A model generated the notes under the pieces. It saw only the letters and a program-made list of their open reading frames with translations, ran no database searches and was not told the origin of the DNA. A DNA stretch of 30,298 bases, from the NCBI GenBank assembly GCA_020348305.1, contig CP070746.1, positions 2,507,788 through 2,538,085 of the forward strand. Reading direction: 5' to 3'. A program made the position numbers and the translations under genes. Each line of letters starts with the position of its first letter. The first letter of the stretch is position 1. Shown here in pieces: positions 8,356-18,241 of the stretch. Source of the stretch: Desulfobacterales bacterium (GTDB lineage: Bacteria > Desulfobacterota > Desulfobacteria > Desulfobacterales > JAHEIW01).

Positions 8356-9228
8356 TCAGACCACTGCACTCACCGCATGAATAACACATGACGGCGATAC
8401 CATCAGCTTTCGCAATCCTAAAGCGTCCATAGAAATGCCCAGGCAAAGACCGAGTAATTGTGAAATATAGACAATCGGCATATCATAATGCCGGCCTTTT
8501 TCGTTGTTAATATCACTTTGTCGCATATCAAGGTTTGCCTGGCACAGGGGACATGCCACGGCGATGCAGTCCGCACCGGCATCTTTGGCCATACCGATGA
8601 TCGAATCAGCCAGATGGACAACGACATCCGTTCTTGTAAGAGCCAGACCGGCACCGCAGCATTCAACCTTGTGGGGCCAGTCGAGGCTTTCCCCGCCCAT
8701 CACGTTGATGAGGCGATCCATGGAAACCGGATTTTCCGGGTTGTCAAACTGGGTAATCTCTTGGGGGCGAACCAGCAGGCAGCCGTAGTAGCATGCCACT
8801 TTAAGTCCGCTTAATGAATGCGTGAATTTATCCTGAAGGAAATCGATTCCGACATCCTCCAGCAGTATTTCTATGAAGTGACGCACATTAACCGAACCGT
8901 CATAATCACGGCCGATGGTTGCACCGATTTGTTTGCGTATTTCGGTATGGTTGACAACTTCATGGTTTGTCATTTTCAGCCGGCTGAAGCATTCGGCACA
9001 GTTGACAACCATATCAAGACCCATCTCCATCGCCAGTATTAGGTTAAAAGCCGGGAGAGATGCGGCTAGGAGCCGATCCGTCTGGTGCGCCGGTGTAGCA
9101 CCGCAGCATGACCATCCATCGGGTTCGATGAGTTCAATACTGAGTCTGCGGGCAACCGCGATACTTGACGAGTGAAGGTCACGTGCGGTCGATTCGGCTG
9201 AACATCCAGGATAATACGCGTATTTCAT
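8356..9228 (-). CDS. hdrB: Heterodisulfide reductase subunit B-like (two CCG domains)
   Basis: 290-aa ORF with two Cys-rich CCG-type motifs (YYPGCS...WSCCGATP...VNCAECF and YYGCLLVRP...VECCGAGL...VACPLCQ). Confidence 0.85.
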   Translation of the reverse strand: MKYAYYPGCSAESTARDLHSSSIAVARRLSIELIEPDGWSCCGATPAHQTDRLLAASLPAFNLILAMEMGLDMVVNCAECFSRLKMTNHEVVNHTEIRKQIGATIGRDYDGSVNVRHFIEILLEDVGIDFLQDKFTHSLSGLKVACYYGCLLVRPQEITQFDNPENPVSMDRLINVMGGESLDWPHKVECCGAGLALTRTDVVVHLADSIIGMAKDAGADCIAVACPLCQANLDMRQSDINNEKGRHYDMPIVYISQLLGLCLGISMDALGLRKLMVSPSCVIHAVSAVV

Positions 9229-9239
9229 TTCCGGATTCC

Positions 9240-9794
9240 TTATTTATGGCTGACGCTGTCGAAAATTCTTTTGACAGTCTTTTTATCTGCCCCCCGGGGT
9301 GGCAAAATAGCGATTTTCCGCTTTTTCAGCATGGATGGAAACTTATCCATGTCATTCATAAACGTTAACGTACCCATTTTATAAGCGGCAATCATGACAA
9401 GATCATATGTACGGCCAAACATGTTCACCGTCTTTAAAAAAGCCCGGTTAAAAAGCGGAATGTCGCCTTTTGGTTTTGCCGCTTGCCTTTTTACTGCAAG
9501 AACCCGCAAGGCATCCATCACCGATGCCATGTCAATGCCCATCGGGCAACGTGCAAAACATGTCTCACATGAGGAACAGATCCATATGATATCACTGCTT
9601 AAGATTTCGTCTCCGGCCCCCAGCTGCAGTCGCCTAATAATTTCAGAAGGTGGGGATTTTGTATGCCCGGATACCGGACAGCCGCAGGAACATTTTTTAC
9701 ATTGATAACATTCGCTGAGATCAACGCCTGCCAGCTCTTCAACAGCACTGATAATATTTTTAACTGCTTTTCCTTTTTTTATCCGAATTGTCAT
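9240..9794 (-). CDS. hdrC: Heterodisulfide reductase subunit C-like (2x[4Fe-4S])
   Basis: 184-aa ORF with CYQCKKCSCGCP and CSSCETCFARCP ferredoxin-type motifs. There is a 34-bp gap to the upstream ORF and an 11-bp gap to hdrB. Confidence 0.8.
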   Translation of the reverse strand: MTIRIKKGKAVKNIISAVEELAGVDLSECYQCKKCSCGCPVSGHTKSPPSEIIRRLQLGAGDEILSSDIIWICSSCETCFARCPMGIDMASVMDALRVLAVKRQAAKPKGDIPLFNRAFLKTVNMFGRTYDLVMIAAYKMGTLTFMNDMDKFPSMLKKRKIAILPPRGADKKTVKRIFDSVSHK

Positions 9795-9828
9795 AGCGGT
9801 TTGGTTACCCTCTTATTCCACTTTCGAA

Positions 9829-12540
9829 TTAAAGAATATCCCCGACGGTTTCCTGCTCTTCAACTTCCACTTTTAAGGCAATGCGCTCTTCTTCTTTCAT
9901 CTCTGCGCCCACACTGGCAGGAACAACTTTTCGATAGACTTTTTCCGGAGGGAGCCTTTCCCCATTCACGGTCAATAGGTCATCGATTGTTATTTGAAAG
10001 AGTCTTTGATTTTCCATCAGATAAGGCAGAATTAATGCCCAGTCCTCCTCGTTCAGCGGCAGAAACATACCGCCGTTTAACTGCTCTTCGATAACATATC
10101 CATCAGGATCGCGTATAAAAATCGCTCCGCCGGAAGCCAGCGAAAACAGGTTGCTGCCCGGATACGGCTCAGACATTGAGACTAAATTGCCGTCATCATC
10201 GAATTGAACACCGTTTAATATAACAAAGCCGCCACCCCTCAGAGGGTCGCCGGCCATAAATGATTCGGCCAAAAAATCAAGACATGTGCCGTTAATAACT
10301 ACCCGTGGTCTGCCAACGGAATTGATCAGCGGCCGGCCGGCGGCATTACCCATTACATAAACCTCCCCCCCCTTGGCGCCGTATAAGAATGTCTGCCCGA
10401 CATCTCCATAAATAACCATTTTTCCGCTTTTGATGATCTGGCCGAGCTGGTCCTGGCCGTTGTTGTGCACCGTGATGGTCAGACCGTCAAGGCCGGAGCC
10501 GAGATAGTCCCCCGAGCTGCCGTACACATCTATGGTCACTTCCTCTGTTTGCGGTCCGAGACCACACCCCACGTATCTCTGGCCTGAACAACCAAAGCAG
10601 ATAAAATTCCGCCATCCTTTGCGATAGGCATCCACCAGGAGTGCTGCATCACATTCATCACCTTCGGGAGGAAACCGATCGGCATTTATAACAAGCGTGG
10701 TTTCTTTTGCCTGCGGGGCCCTTAAGAAGGCACGGGTATTATAATCGATTCGTCGAAACGCACTTTCGTCGCGGTCGTTTGCTTGAATTGAAGGCAGTTT
10801 GTCAAACAAATGATCAAGTTCGCTGCGCACAATATGAAGCATGTGGCTCCGTTTTTTAGTGCCGATAGCGTATCTGAGATCATTTAAAAAGGTCAGGGCA
10901 TTAATCGCCGTTGCAGTGTTCTTCACGTCCTTTGCCCGCTCCCGGATCGTCCTGCAGACCGTCTGAAAATCATCGAAGCCCCATCTGGGAATGTTGTCAC
11001 GCATATACTCAACGAGCGCCTGCCCACCACCTGTTGCATATATATGTTGTATACGCTTGTCAGCACCATTACCCGAGGCGGATGAGACGGATACTTCTTT
11101 TGTAAAATCAAACGATTCGGTCTGCTTGGGCATGGGTACCGGGACCCCGAATTTATCTGTACATGTCATCCGGTAATTTCCGCTGGAATCCTTTTCCAGA
11201 TTGAATATAAATGCTCCGCCATCTGTATGGCTGCCGCCGCGCGCATTCCAGTATCGGTCAGCAACAGGACATATGCGTTTATCTTCCTTGGACAGGCTTA
11301 ACAGGGTTGCATCGATGGCCTGTTTTTCCGATCCAATCAGGCCAACCTGAACCTCTCCTTCTGAAAAGGCAAATACCTGGGGGCGCAGCATTGCTGTGTC
11401 TGTAATTCCCAGAAGCTGGAATCTTTCTTTTCGCGGAATATTACGGGCAATAATAAAAAACCACGGGCCATCCGGCGAACCGTGTATATGTGTGGCTTGT
11501 ACGGCACGATAGACATTTTGTCTTTCTTCGGGGAGACGGTCAAAGTCGAGTTCACTCGTGGGTGCAAGAGCCTCAATAATATATTCCAGTGGATAATGAT
11601 ACGTCCGATCAAGCAGGTCAAACATCAGCGCGGATACCTCTGTGTCGGTAAGAAACTGCGGATATATGTGGCGCTGCCTAAGGTATTCGCAAACAGAATG
11701 ATAATTGGCAAAGTCACCGTTATGGACAAGCGCCATGTTGATGCCTGCAAAAGGATGCGCACCGCCCGGGTGCCAGACCCGGCCCTTGGTGGGAAAACGC
11801 TGATGTCCGAGCCACGCATGTGCACATAGGTCTTCAATCTTGTAATAGGTTACGATCGCCTCTGCATAGCCGACAACTTTCAGGATCATTATGTTTCGCC
11901 CATGGGAGAGGACAAATGCCCTCTGTTCGCCCAAGGAGGCGTAATATTCCTGATTCAGCCCAAAGCTGTTCTGGTTTACAAACTCATCTTCCGCCTCACG
12001 CCGTGGGAACTTTTCCAATTCATTTTGCGTTATGAAGGCATCGAGCAATTCCGGCTTGACACGAACAAAATAACGCCAAACATTCGGCGGTTTAACTTCA
12101 AGGCCCTTGACTGATTTCCAGTCGTCAACGGTATCTAATTCACTGGAAGCGGCCACATCAAAATTGCGTGTAATAAATTTATCTTCAAGTTCTTCCCGGA
12201 CCTCACGGTCAAGAAAGGCGATGTGAAGCATATAGTATTCATCCAAGATCTCACGGCTGACACCGAGTTGATCCGGGATAAACCCGACAGCTGCAACTCC
12301 GCCGCCCTTGCCATTACCCCTGTTGTGCATCAATCTTGATGGCTCATAAATGTGACGACCGGATACAGGTTCTGTGCAGCAAAAGCCAACAACACCGCAA
12401 CCGCCTTCTTCCTCGCTCTTTGACACCGTCACCGGAAACTTTAAACCATCAACTCGGCGTTTTTTGGAATTCAATAATTTTTGTATGAAATCCCTATGCA
12501 TTGTTTGCTTCACAACATCAGTGTAGTTAGCATGCTTCAA
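9829..12540 (-). CDS. Archaeal-type glutamate synthase fusion protein: class-II glutamine amidotransferase domain plus C-terminal GXGXG domain
   Basis: 903-aa ORF. The Ntn-type amidotransferase signature GGCGVVGF lies about 45 residues from the N-terminus, implying a propeptide. The C-terminal region GDYLGSGLDGLTITVHNNGQDQLGQ...GDVGQTFLYGAKGGEVYVMGNAAGRPLINSVGRPRVVINGTCLDFLAESFMAGDP matches the glutamate-synthase alpha-subunit GXGXG domain. No FMN-binding or central domain is present. Confidence 0.75.
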   Translation of the reverse strand: MKHANYTDVVKQTMHRDFIQKLLNSKKRRVDGLKFPVTVSKSEEEGGCGVVGFCCTEPVSGRHIYEPSRLMHNRGNGKGGGVAAVGFIPDQLGVSREILDEYYMLHIAFLDREVREELEDKFITRNFDVAASSELDTVDDWKSVKGLEVKPPNVWRYFVRVKPELLDAFITQNELEKFPRREAEDEFVNQNSFGLNQEYYASLGEQRAFVLSHGRNIMILKVVGYAEAIVTYYKIEDLCAHAWLGHQRFPTKGRVWHPGGAHPFAGINMALVHNGDFANYHSVCEYLRQRHIYPQFLTDTEVSALMFDLLDRTYHYPLEYIIEALAPTSELDFDRLPEERQNVYRAVQATHIHGSPDGPWFFIIARNIPRKERFQLLGITDTAMLRPQVFAFSEGEVQVGLIGSEKQAIDATLLSLSKEDKRICPVADRYWNARGGSHTDGGAFIFNLEKDSSGNYRMTCTDKFGVPVPMPKQTESFDFTKEVSVSSASGNGADKRIQHIYATGGGQALVEYMRDNIPRWGFDDFQTVCRTIRERAKDVKNTATAINALTFLNDLRYAIGTKKRSHMLHIVRSELDHLFDKLPSIQANDRDESAFRRIDYNTRAFLRAPQAKETTLVINADRFPPEGDECDAALLVDAYRKGWRNFICFGCSGQRYVGCGLGPQTEEVTIDVYGSSGDYLGSGLDGLTITVHNNGQDQLGQIIKSGKMVIYGDVGQTFLYGAKGGEVYVMGNAAGRPLINSVGRPRVVINGTCLDFLAESFMAGDPLRGGGFVILNGVQFDDDGNLVSMSEPYPGSNLFSLASGGAIFIRDPDGYVIEEQLNGGMFLPLNEEDWALILPYLMENQRLFQITIDDLLTVNGERLPPEKVYRKVVPASVGAEMKEEERIALKVEVEEQETVGDIL

Positions 12541-12610
12541 CCTGGCCGCACAAACCGTACCTCAAATAGCAAAAAAATTAGCATAAAAAAAGGGGTGGCC
12601 ATAATAAAAT

Positions 12611-12705
12611 TATCTGGTTATCTACAATAGCCAAGTGAGCATAATAATATAAAAGATTATCTTACGTTTAAAAAAGCCTACTTGGTCTTTCTGGATAACC
12701 AGATA
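12611..12705. promoter_or_regulatory. Pair of 12-bp inverted-repeat boxes in the divergent gltS-like/lrp promoter region
   Basis: TATCTGGTTATC at 12611-12622 and its exact reverse complement GATAACCAGATA at 12694-12705, 71 bp apart, in the AT-rich 282-bp divergent intergenic region. Confidence 0.4.
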
Positions 12706-12822
12706 GAATTAATTAATAAATATCGCAAATTCTTTTACAAATGTCAAGATTTCAATAAAATATCTTTACATTTATAAAAATTTTTTTTATATTCAGTTAT
12801 ATATTAGAAAGGAGGAGTAACG

Positions 12823-13263
12823 GTGAACGAAGTGGAACTAAAGATTATTAGAGCGCTTAACGAGAATTCCAGAAAAAGCTTTCGCGAAATAGCCAAGGAG
12901 GTCAAGACGTCTACTCCTGTGGTGATCAATAAAATTAAAAAGCTCGAAGAAATAGGTGCCATAAAGGGCTATATTCCTGTATTGGACCCGGAATACTTCG
13001 GCTATACCCTCATGGCCGTGGTTGCCTTGCGCATTTCTCATGGGAAGCTTATTGAAGCACAGGAAAAGATCGCAGAAGATCCGCATACGCTGGCTATTTA
13101 TGATGTGACCGGAGAGTGGGATTCCATAGTAATTGCCCATTTTAAAGGAAGGAAAGATTTGAACAATTTTATCAAGAATATTCTTGTCCATAACAATGTA
13201 GATAGAACAGTGACCCATATCGTACTCAATGTCGTCAAGGACGAACGCAGACTCGTCGTCTGA
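12823..13263 (+). CDS. lrp: Lrp/AsnC-family transcriptional regulator
   Basis: 146-aa ORF with a GTG start preceded by AAAGGAGGAG. The N-terminus has an HTH (IIRALNENSRKSFREIAKEVKTSTPVVINKIKKLEE) and the C-terminus an AsnC-type ligand-binding (RAM) domain. Confidence 0.85.
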   Translation: MNEVELKIIRALNENSRKSFREIAKEVKTSTPVVINKIKKLEEIGAIKGYIPVLDPEYFGYTLMAVVALRISHGKLIEAQEKIAEDPHTLAIYDVTGEWDSIVIAHFKGRKDLNNFIKNILVHNNVDRTVTHIVLNVVKDERRLVV

Positions 13264-13468
13264 TATTTCCATTCCCACATTCACCAAGCATCGGTAATAA
13301 CGATTAAATTATGGGGTTGGGTGAAGCACTGATTGCCCGATGAAATGAATACATTTTTGTCATTTTTTTAATTTAAAAATACAAAATTGTAACTTACTGT
13401 TTTTATTCAAAGCTACGGCCAAACTTTAACGCATTGAATTTATTAATATTTCTGAGCTGTATCACTGA

Positions 13469-13484
13469 TGGCATACCTGTTGCA
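13469..13484 (+). promoter_or_regulatory. Sigma-54 (-24/-12) promoter upstream of the P-II-like gene
   Basis: TGGCAT-ACCTG-TTGCA has exact consensus spacing (GG to GC = 12 nt). It lies about 140 bp upstream of the 13623 start, in a nitrogen-assimilation context with a sigma-54 activator gene nearby. Confidence 0.5.
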
Positions 13485-13622
13485 GAATACCATCCCATTT
13501 ATTTGTCTTCTTGCCCGATAGATAAATATTGACCACAGGCTGGCACGAGTCCATTTACTTAAATTATTAGCTGTACAATCTTTCAGGTTTTTACGACTGA
13601 GTAACAGAGGAGGAATTTATTA

Positions 13623-13967
13623 ATGAAATTGGTCGTAGCGATGATTCAGCCCCATAAATTGACTGATGTCAAGCAGGCATTATTTGACGAAGAGGTCTAT
13701 GCCATGACGGTCAGCAATGCCTTGGGATGTGGCAGCACGATGGGGTATATGGAAACCTACAGAGGTGTGAGGCAAGAAGTAAATCTTCTGAAAAAAGTGC
13801 GACTTGAAATTGCCGTCAATGATGATTTCGTTGAACGCATCATTGAGGCAATTATAAAAGGCGCACGAACGGGTAACATGGGAGAATGCCATATCCCAAA
13901 TTGCAAGAGAAAACCTCGAAGGGAGTTTGAGCGGAGTTTTGGCCACATTATCGCCGGAAGAAGCTAA
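13623..13967 (+). pseudogene. P-II (GlnB-like) signal-transduction protein, C-terminally truncated and running out of frame into a flotillin fragment
   Basis: The first roughly 85 aa align with P-II ([20 protein letters not shown]...TYRG...[30 protein letters not shown]). After TG the canonical B-loop/C-terminus (GDGKIFV...RIRTGE) is replaced by [26 protein letters not shown], which is the flotillin reading frame read out of frame. A GGAGG RBS and a sigma-54 promoter lie upstream. Confidence 0.6.
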
Positions 13968-14784
13968 CAGTAATCGGTTGGAGTTTGCCGAAAAAATCGT
14001 ACAACAGACCAGAGGTGATCTCGGTCGCCTGGGTTTAGTGCTGGATACGTTTAAAATCAAACATCTCTCTGATAATGAAGGCTATCTGGATGCCATCGGT
14101 CGCAAGAAAAATGCTGAAGTCAGAAAGGATGTCGAAATCGCGGAAACCAATGCGCAAGCTGAATCAAGACAAGTGTCCGCCGAGGCCAAGCGTATCGGAA
14201 ATGTGGCCGAAGCGGAGGCCAACGTAACCATTGTCGAAGCCGAAAACAAGCTACGGATAAAAAAAGCGGACCTGGATGCCGAAGCCCAACGCATAGAAGC
14301 CAAAGCAAAGGTTGCCGGCAACATCGCCAGGGTCGAAGAAGAACAGAAACTGGAAACCCAAAGAGTTGCCTTGAATCAGAGTAAGTATGAGGCTGACGTC
14401 GTGGTGCCGGCTCGGGCAGAAAAAGAAGCCATGGAATTGAAAGCCATTGGCGACGCATCCACTATCGTAGAAAACGGCAAAGCGACAGCAGAAGCAGTGA
14501 ATCTGATGCGTCAGGAATGGGAAAAAGAAGATACCCGGGAGCTTTTCTTAATCCAGCAACTTCCGGATATCCTCGATAAAGTCACCAGTGTGGTTTCCGA
14601 AAATCTTGCCATCGAAAAGGTTACGATACTGGACAGCGGCAACGGGCAGGGCATGCCCACCTATGTCAAAGGCATTGCCGGTTCTATCGTTGCTATTTTC
14701 GAGCAGATTAAAAACGCCACCGGCCTGGATGTACCTGAAATCCTGAGAGCCAAAGGAAAATCCACGGCTGAAATTACCGGATAG
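13858..14784 (+). pseudogene. Flotillin (FloT/YuaG-like SPFH family) lacking about the N-terminal 130 aa (TM segment plus first half of the SPFH domain)
   Basis: Frame 1 is open from 13858. The translation ...[83 protein letters not shown]... aligns with the middle of B. subtilis FloT (EAREVLEGHLRSILGSMTVEEIY...[37 protein letters not shown]). It is followed by an EA-rich coiled-coil and a C-terminal ...ILDSGNGQG... tail. There is no ATG; the track used TTG at 13927. Confidence 0.65.
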
Positions 14785-14798
14785 AAAGGGAATCGAAC

Positions 14799-16130
14799 AT
14801 GCTGAAGCTGAAATCAAAAAAGGATGTCCTAAAAGTTGTTAAGGACCAGGATGTAAGTTTTATTCAAATCTGGTTCACGGATATTTTGGGAATTTTAAAA
14901 TCATTTGCCATCACGCCTTCTGAACTGGAGGGTGCTCTCACCGAAGGCATGGGATTTGACGGCTCTTCGATTGAAGGGTTTGCCCGCATCGAAGAAAGTG
15001 ACATGATCGCCATGCCGGATCCTACGACATTTCAGTTTCTACCCTGGCGCCCCAAGGATCGCCCGGTGGCCCGCATGTTCTGCGATATTCTGACACCGGA
15101 TGGCTCCCACTATGCCGGTGATCCACGCTATGTATTTAAGCGGGCGCTTCAAAAGGCGGCTGATAAAGGCTACAAATTTTTCATCGGACCTGAACTGGAA
15201 TTTTTCTATTTTGAAAGCAGTGAAAATCCAAAATTTATTGATATGGGAGGCTATTTTGATTCACGACCGCTTGATCTGGCCAGTGACTTGCGCAGAGACA
15301 CGATATTTATGCTCCAGCGCATGGGGATCCAGGTTGAATACAGCCACCATGAGGTGGCACCCAGCCAGCATGAAATCGATTTGCGATTTGATGAAGGTCT
15401 TAAAATGGCGGATAAGACCATGACCTATCGCGTGGTTGTCAAAGAGGTTGCCCGCAAACAAGGCGTCTATGCCACCTTTATGCCCAAGCCCATCTTCGGA
15501 GAAAACGGCAGTGGCATGCATGTTCACCAATCGCTTTTTCGCGGTGATATGAACGCCTTTTATGATCCATCAGATAAATACCATTTATCCGAAATGGCCA
15601 AATCCTATATTGCCGGCATCATGCGACACGCGCGGGAAATTGTCGGGGTTACCAATCAATGGGTGAACTCTTACAAGCGTCTGGTGCCAGGCTATGAAGC
15701 GCCCGTATATATCTCCTGGGCGCGGCGCAACCGCTCGACAATGATACGGGTACCCATGTACAAGCCCGGCAAGGAAGTTGCCACTCGCATTGAGTTTCGT
15801 TCACCGGATCCGGCCTGCAATCCTTATCTGGCTTTTGCAGTTATGCTGATGGCCGGTTTAAAAGGAGTTGAACAGAACTACGCGCTGCCGGATCCGATCG
15901 AAGAGGATATTTACGAGATGGATGAAGCGGCAAGGGAAAAGGCTGGCATTGTTTCGTTGCCGGGAAGTCTTTTTGAAGCCATTCAGGAGCTGGAACAAAG
16001 CGAGGTGGTTCGAGAAACCCTTGGGGACCACATCTTCCAGCAATTCATTGCCAACAAGAAAATCGAATGGAACCGCTTCCGAACGCACGTCAGCAGGTAC
16101 GAGATCGAAAACTATCTTCCCAAGCTTTAA
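14799..16130 (+). CDS. glnA: Glutamine synthetase type I-alpha (443 aa)
   Basis: Canonical GS motifs: [51 protein letters not shown]...EFRSPDPACNPYLAF. It has no adenylylation-loop insertion. Confidence 0.9.
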   Translation: MLKLKSKKDVLKVVKDQDVSFIQIWFTDILGILKSFAITPSELEGALTEGMGFDGSSIEGFARIEESDMIAMPDPTTFQFLPWRPKDRPVARMFCDILTPDGSHYAGDPRYVFKRALQKAADKGYKFFIGPELEFFYFESSENPKFIDMGGYFDSRPLDLASDLRRDTIFMLQRMGIQVEYSHHEVAPSQHEIDLRFDEGLKMADKTMTYRVVVKEVARKQGVYATFMPKPIFGENGSGMHVHQSLFRGDMNAFYDPSDKYHLSEMAKSYIAGIMRHAREIVGVTNQWVNSYKRLVPGYEAPVYISWARRNRSTMIRVPMYKPGKEVATRIEFRSPDPACNPYLAFAVMLMAGLKGVEQNYALPDPIEEDIYEMDEAAREKAGIVSLPGSLFEAIQELEQSEVVRETLGDHIFQQFIANKKIEWNRFRTHVSRYEIENYLPKL

Positions 16131-16343
16131 AAAGGAGACGATATCACTGGCCTTGGAATTATTCGCCCAGAATAAATTCTCGCCGGGCACTACCGGCGAC
16201 GGCCTTTTCTTCGATTGATATAAAGTGATATTTTCATGGGCGTCCATTTCGTATCTCTCGTGTTTTTCTTATTAAAATCAATCTATCGGATAATTTCGTT
16301 GCTTTTTTTAGGAAAACTTTTTAGGAGTGACATTTCATATTGA

Positions 16344-16712
<369 letters not shown>

Positions 16713-16769
16713 AATATAAAACATTTAGATACTTTTTCAAGAAAAGAAAATAATAGGGAGGAAAAACGT

Positions 16770-18182
16770 ATGACACCCAAAGAAGTCTTAGATATGGCTA
16801 AGGAAAACGGAGCCAAGGTGGTTGACTTGCGCTTTATGGATTTTCCGGGCGTCTGGCAGCACTTTAGTGTGCCGATCAACGAATTGGATGAATCGAGTTT
16901 TGAAGATGGGTATGGGTTTGACGGTTCCAGTATTCGTGGCTGGCAGCCGATTCACGCCAGCGATATGCTGGTAGTCCCCGATGCGGATACCGCCAAAATG
17001 GACCCATTTTATGAAGCGCCAACGCTGGTGTTAATCGGCAACATCGTTGATCCGGTAACCCGGGAGCCTTACACCCGGGACCCGAGAAATATTGCTCAAA
17101 AAGCCGAAGCCTATCTAAAAAGCACGGGTATTGGTGATATCGCATATTTCGGCCCTGAGCCCGAATTTTTCATCTTTGACGACATTCGCTTTGAGTCCAC
17201 CCGGTTTGGCGCCTTTTATGAAATTGACTCCATTGAAGGGGTCTGGAACTCCGGTCGTGAGGAAATGCCCAACCTGGGCTATAAACCGCGACACAAAGAA
17301 GGATATTTCCCGGTTCCACCCATGGACAAGTTTCAGGATCTGAGAACGGAGATGGTTTTGACCTTGGAAAATCTGGGGATCGCAACCGAAGCCCAGCATC
17401 ATGAAGTCGCCACCGCCGGCCAGGCAGAAATCGATATGCGTTTTATGCCGCTGCTCCAGATGGCCGATCAACTCATGTGGTTCAAATATGTGCTTAAAAA
17501 TGTCGCCTATCGCAATAACCATACAGTGACCTTCATGCCCAAACCGATTTTCGAAGACAACGGAACCGGCATGCACACCCATATCAGCATTTGGAAAGAA
17601 GACCAGCCGCTGTTTGCCGGCGATAAATATGCCGGTCTTTCCCAGGAGGCATTGTATGCCATCGGCGGCATTTTAACCCACTGCAAGGCGCTATGCGCCT
17701 TTACCAACCCGACCACCAATTCCTATAAACGATTGGTGCCGGGTTTTGAAGCACCGGTGAACTTGGCCTACTCCAGCCGCAACCGCAGTGCGGCGATTCG
17801 AATCCCAATGTATTCCCCGTCACCGAAAACAAAACGCATTGAGTTCCGCACCCCGGATCCTTCCTGCAACGGCTATTTAGCATTTTCAGCCATGCTGATG
17901 GCGGTCATCGATGGTATCCGGAACAAGATCGATCCCGGCGATCCCCTGGATAAAAACATTTACAACCTGCCGCCCGAAGAACTGGCTGAAATTCCATCGG
18001 CGCCCGGTTCCTTGGAAGAGGCGCTGGCCTCTTTAAAAGATGACCAGGAATTCCTTTTAAAAGGCGATGTCTTTACCTCGGATGCCATCGATATGTGGAT
18101 CGAATACAAAATCGAAAATGAGGTCAACGACGTCAAATTGCGACCCCACCCGCATGAGTTCTTTCTGTATTTTGATATTTAA
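16770..18182 (+). CDS. glnA: Glutamine synthetase type I-beta (470 aa) with adenylylation-site motif
   Basis: GS motifs [65 protein letters not shown], plus a NIYNLPPEE adenylylation-type Tyr segment. The RBS is GGGAGG. Confidence 0.9.
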   Translation: MTPKEVLDMAKENGAKVVDLRFMDFPGVWQHFSVPINELDESSFEDGYGFDGSSIRGWQPIHASDMLVVPDADTAKMDPFYEAPTLVLIGNIVDPVTREPYTRDPRNIAQKAEAYLKSTGIGDIAYFGPEPEFFIFDDIRFESTRFGAFYEIDSIEGVWNSGREEMPNLGYKPRHKEGYFPVPPMDKFQDLRTEMVLTLENLGIATEAQHHEVATAGQAEIDMRFMPLLQMADQLMWFKYVLKNVAYRNNHTVTFMPKPIFEDNGTGMHTHISIWKEDQPLFAGDKYAGLSQEALYAIGGILTHCKALCAFTNPTTNSYKRLVPGFEAPVNLAYSSRNRSAAIRIPMYSPSPKTKRIEFRTPDPSCNGYLAFSAMLMAVIDGIRNKIDPGDPLDKNIYNLPPEELAEIPSAPGSLEEALASLKDDQEFLLKGDVFTSDAIDMWIEYKIENEVNDVKLRPHPHEFFLYFDI

Positions 18183-18241
18183 TTGCTCCTCAAAATAACA
18201 GCAGTCCGCTGATAGTAGTGGGAAAAGGAAAAACCGATAAG

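Noticed and set aside
14082-14458. Arg/Pro/Trp-rich ORFs on the minus strand (14120-14458 and 14082-14324)
   Set aside because: They are antisense to the Glu/Ala-rich coiled-coil region of the flotillin fragment. GAAGCC repeats generate open frames on both strands.
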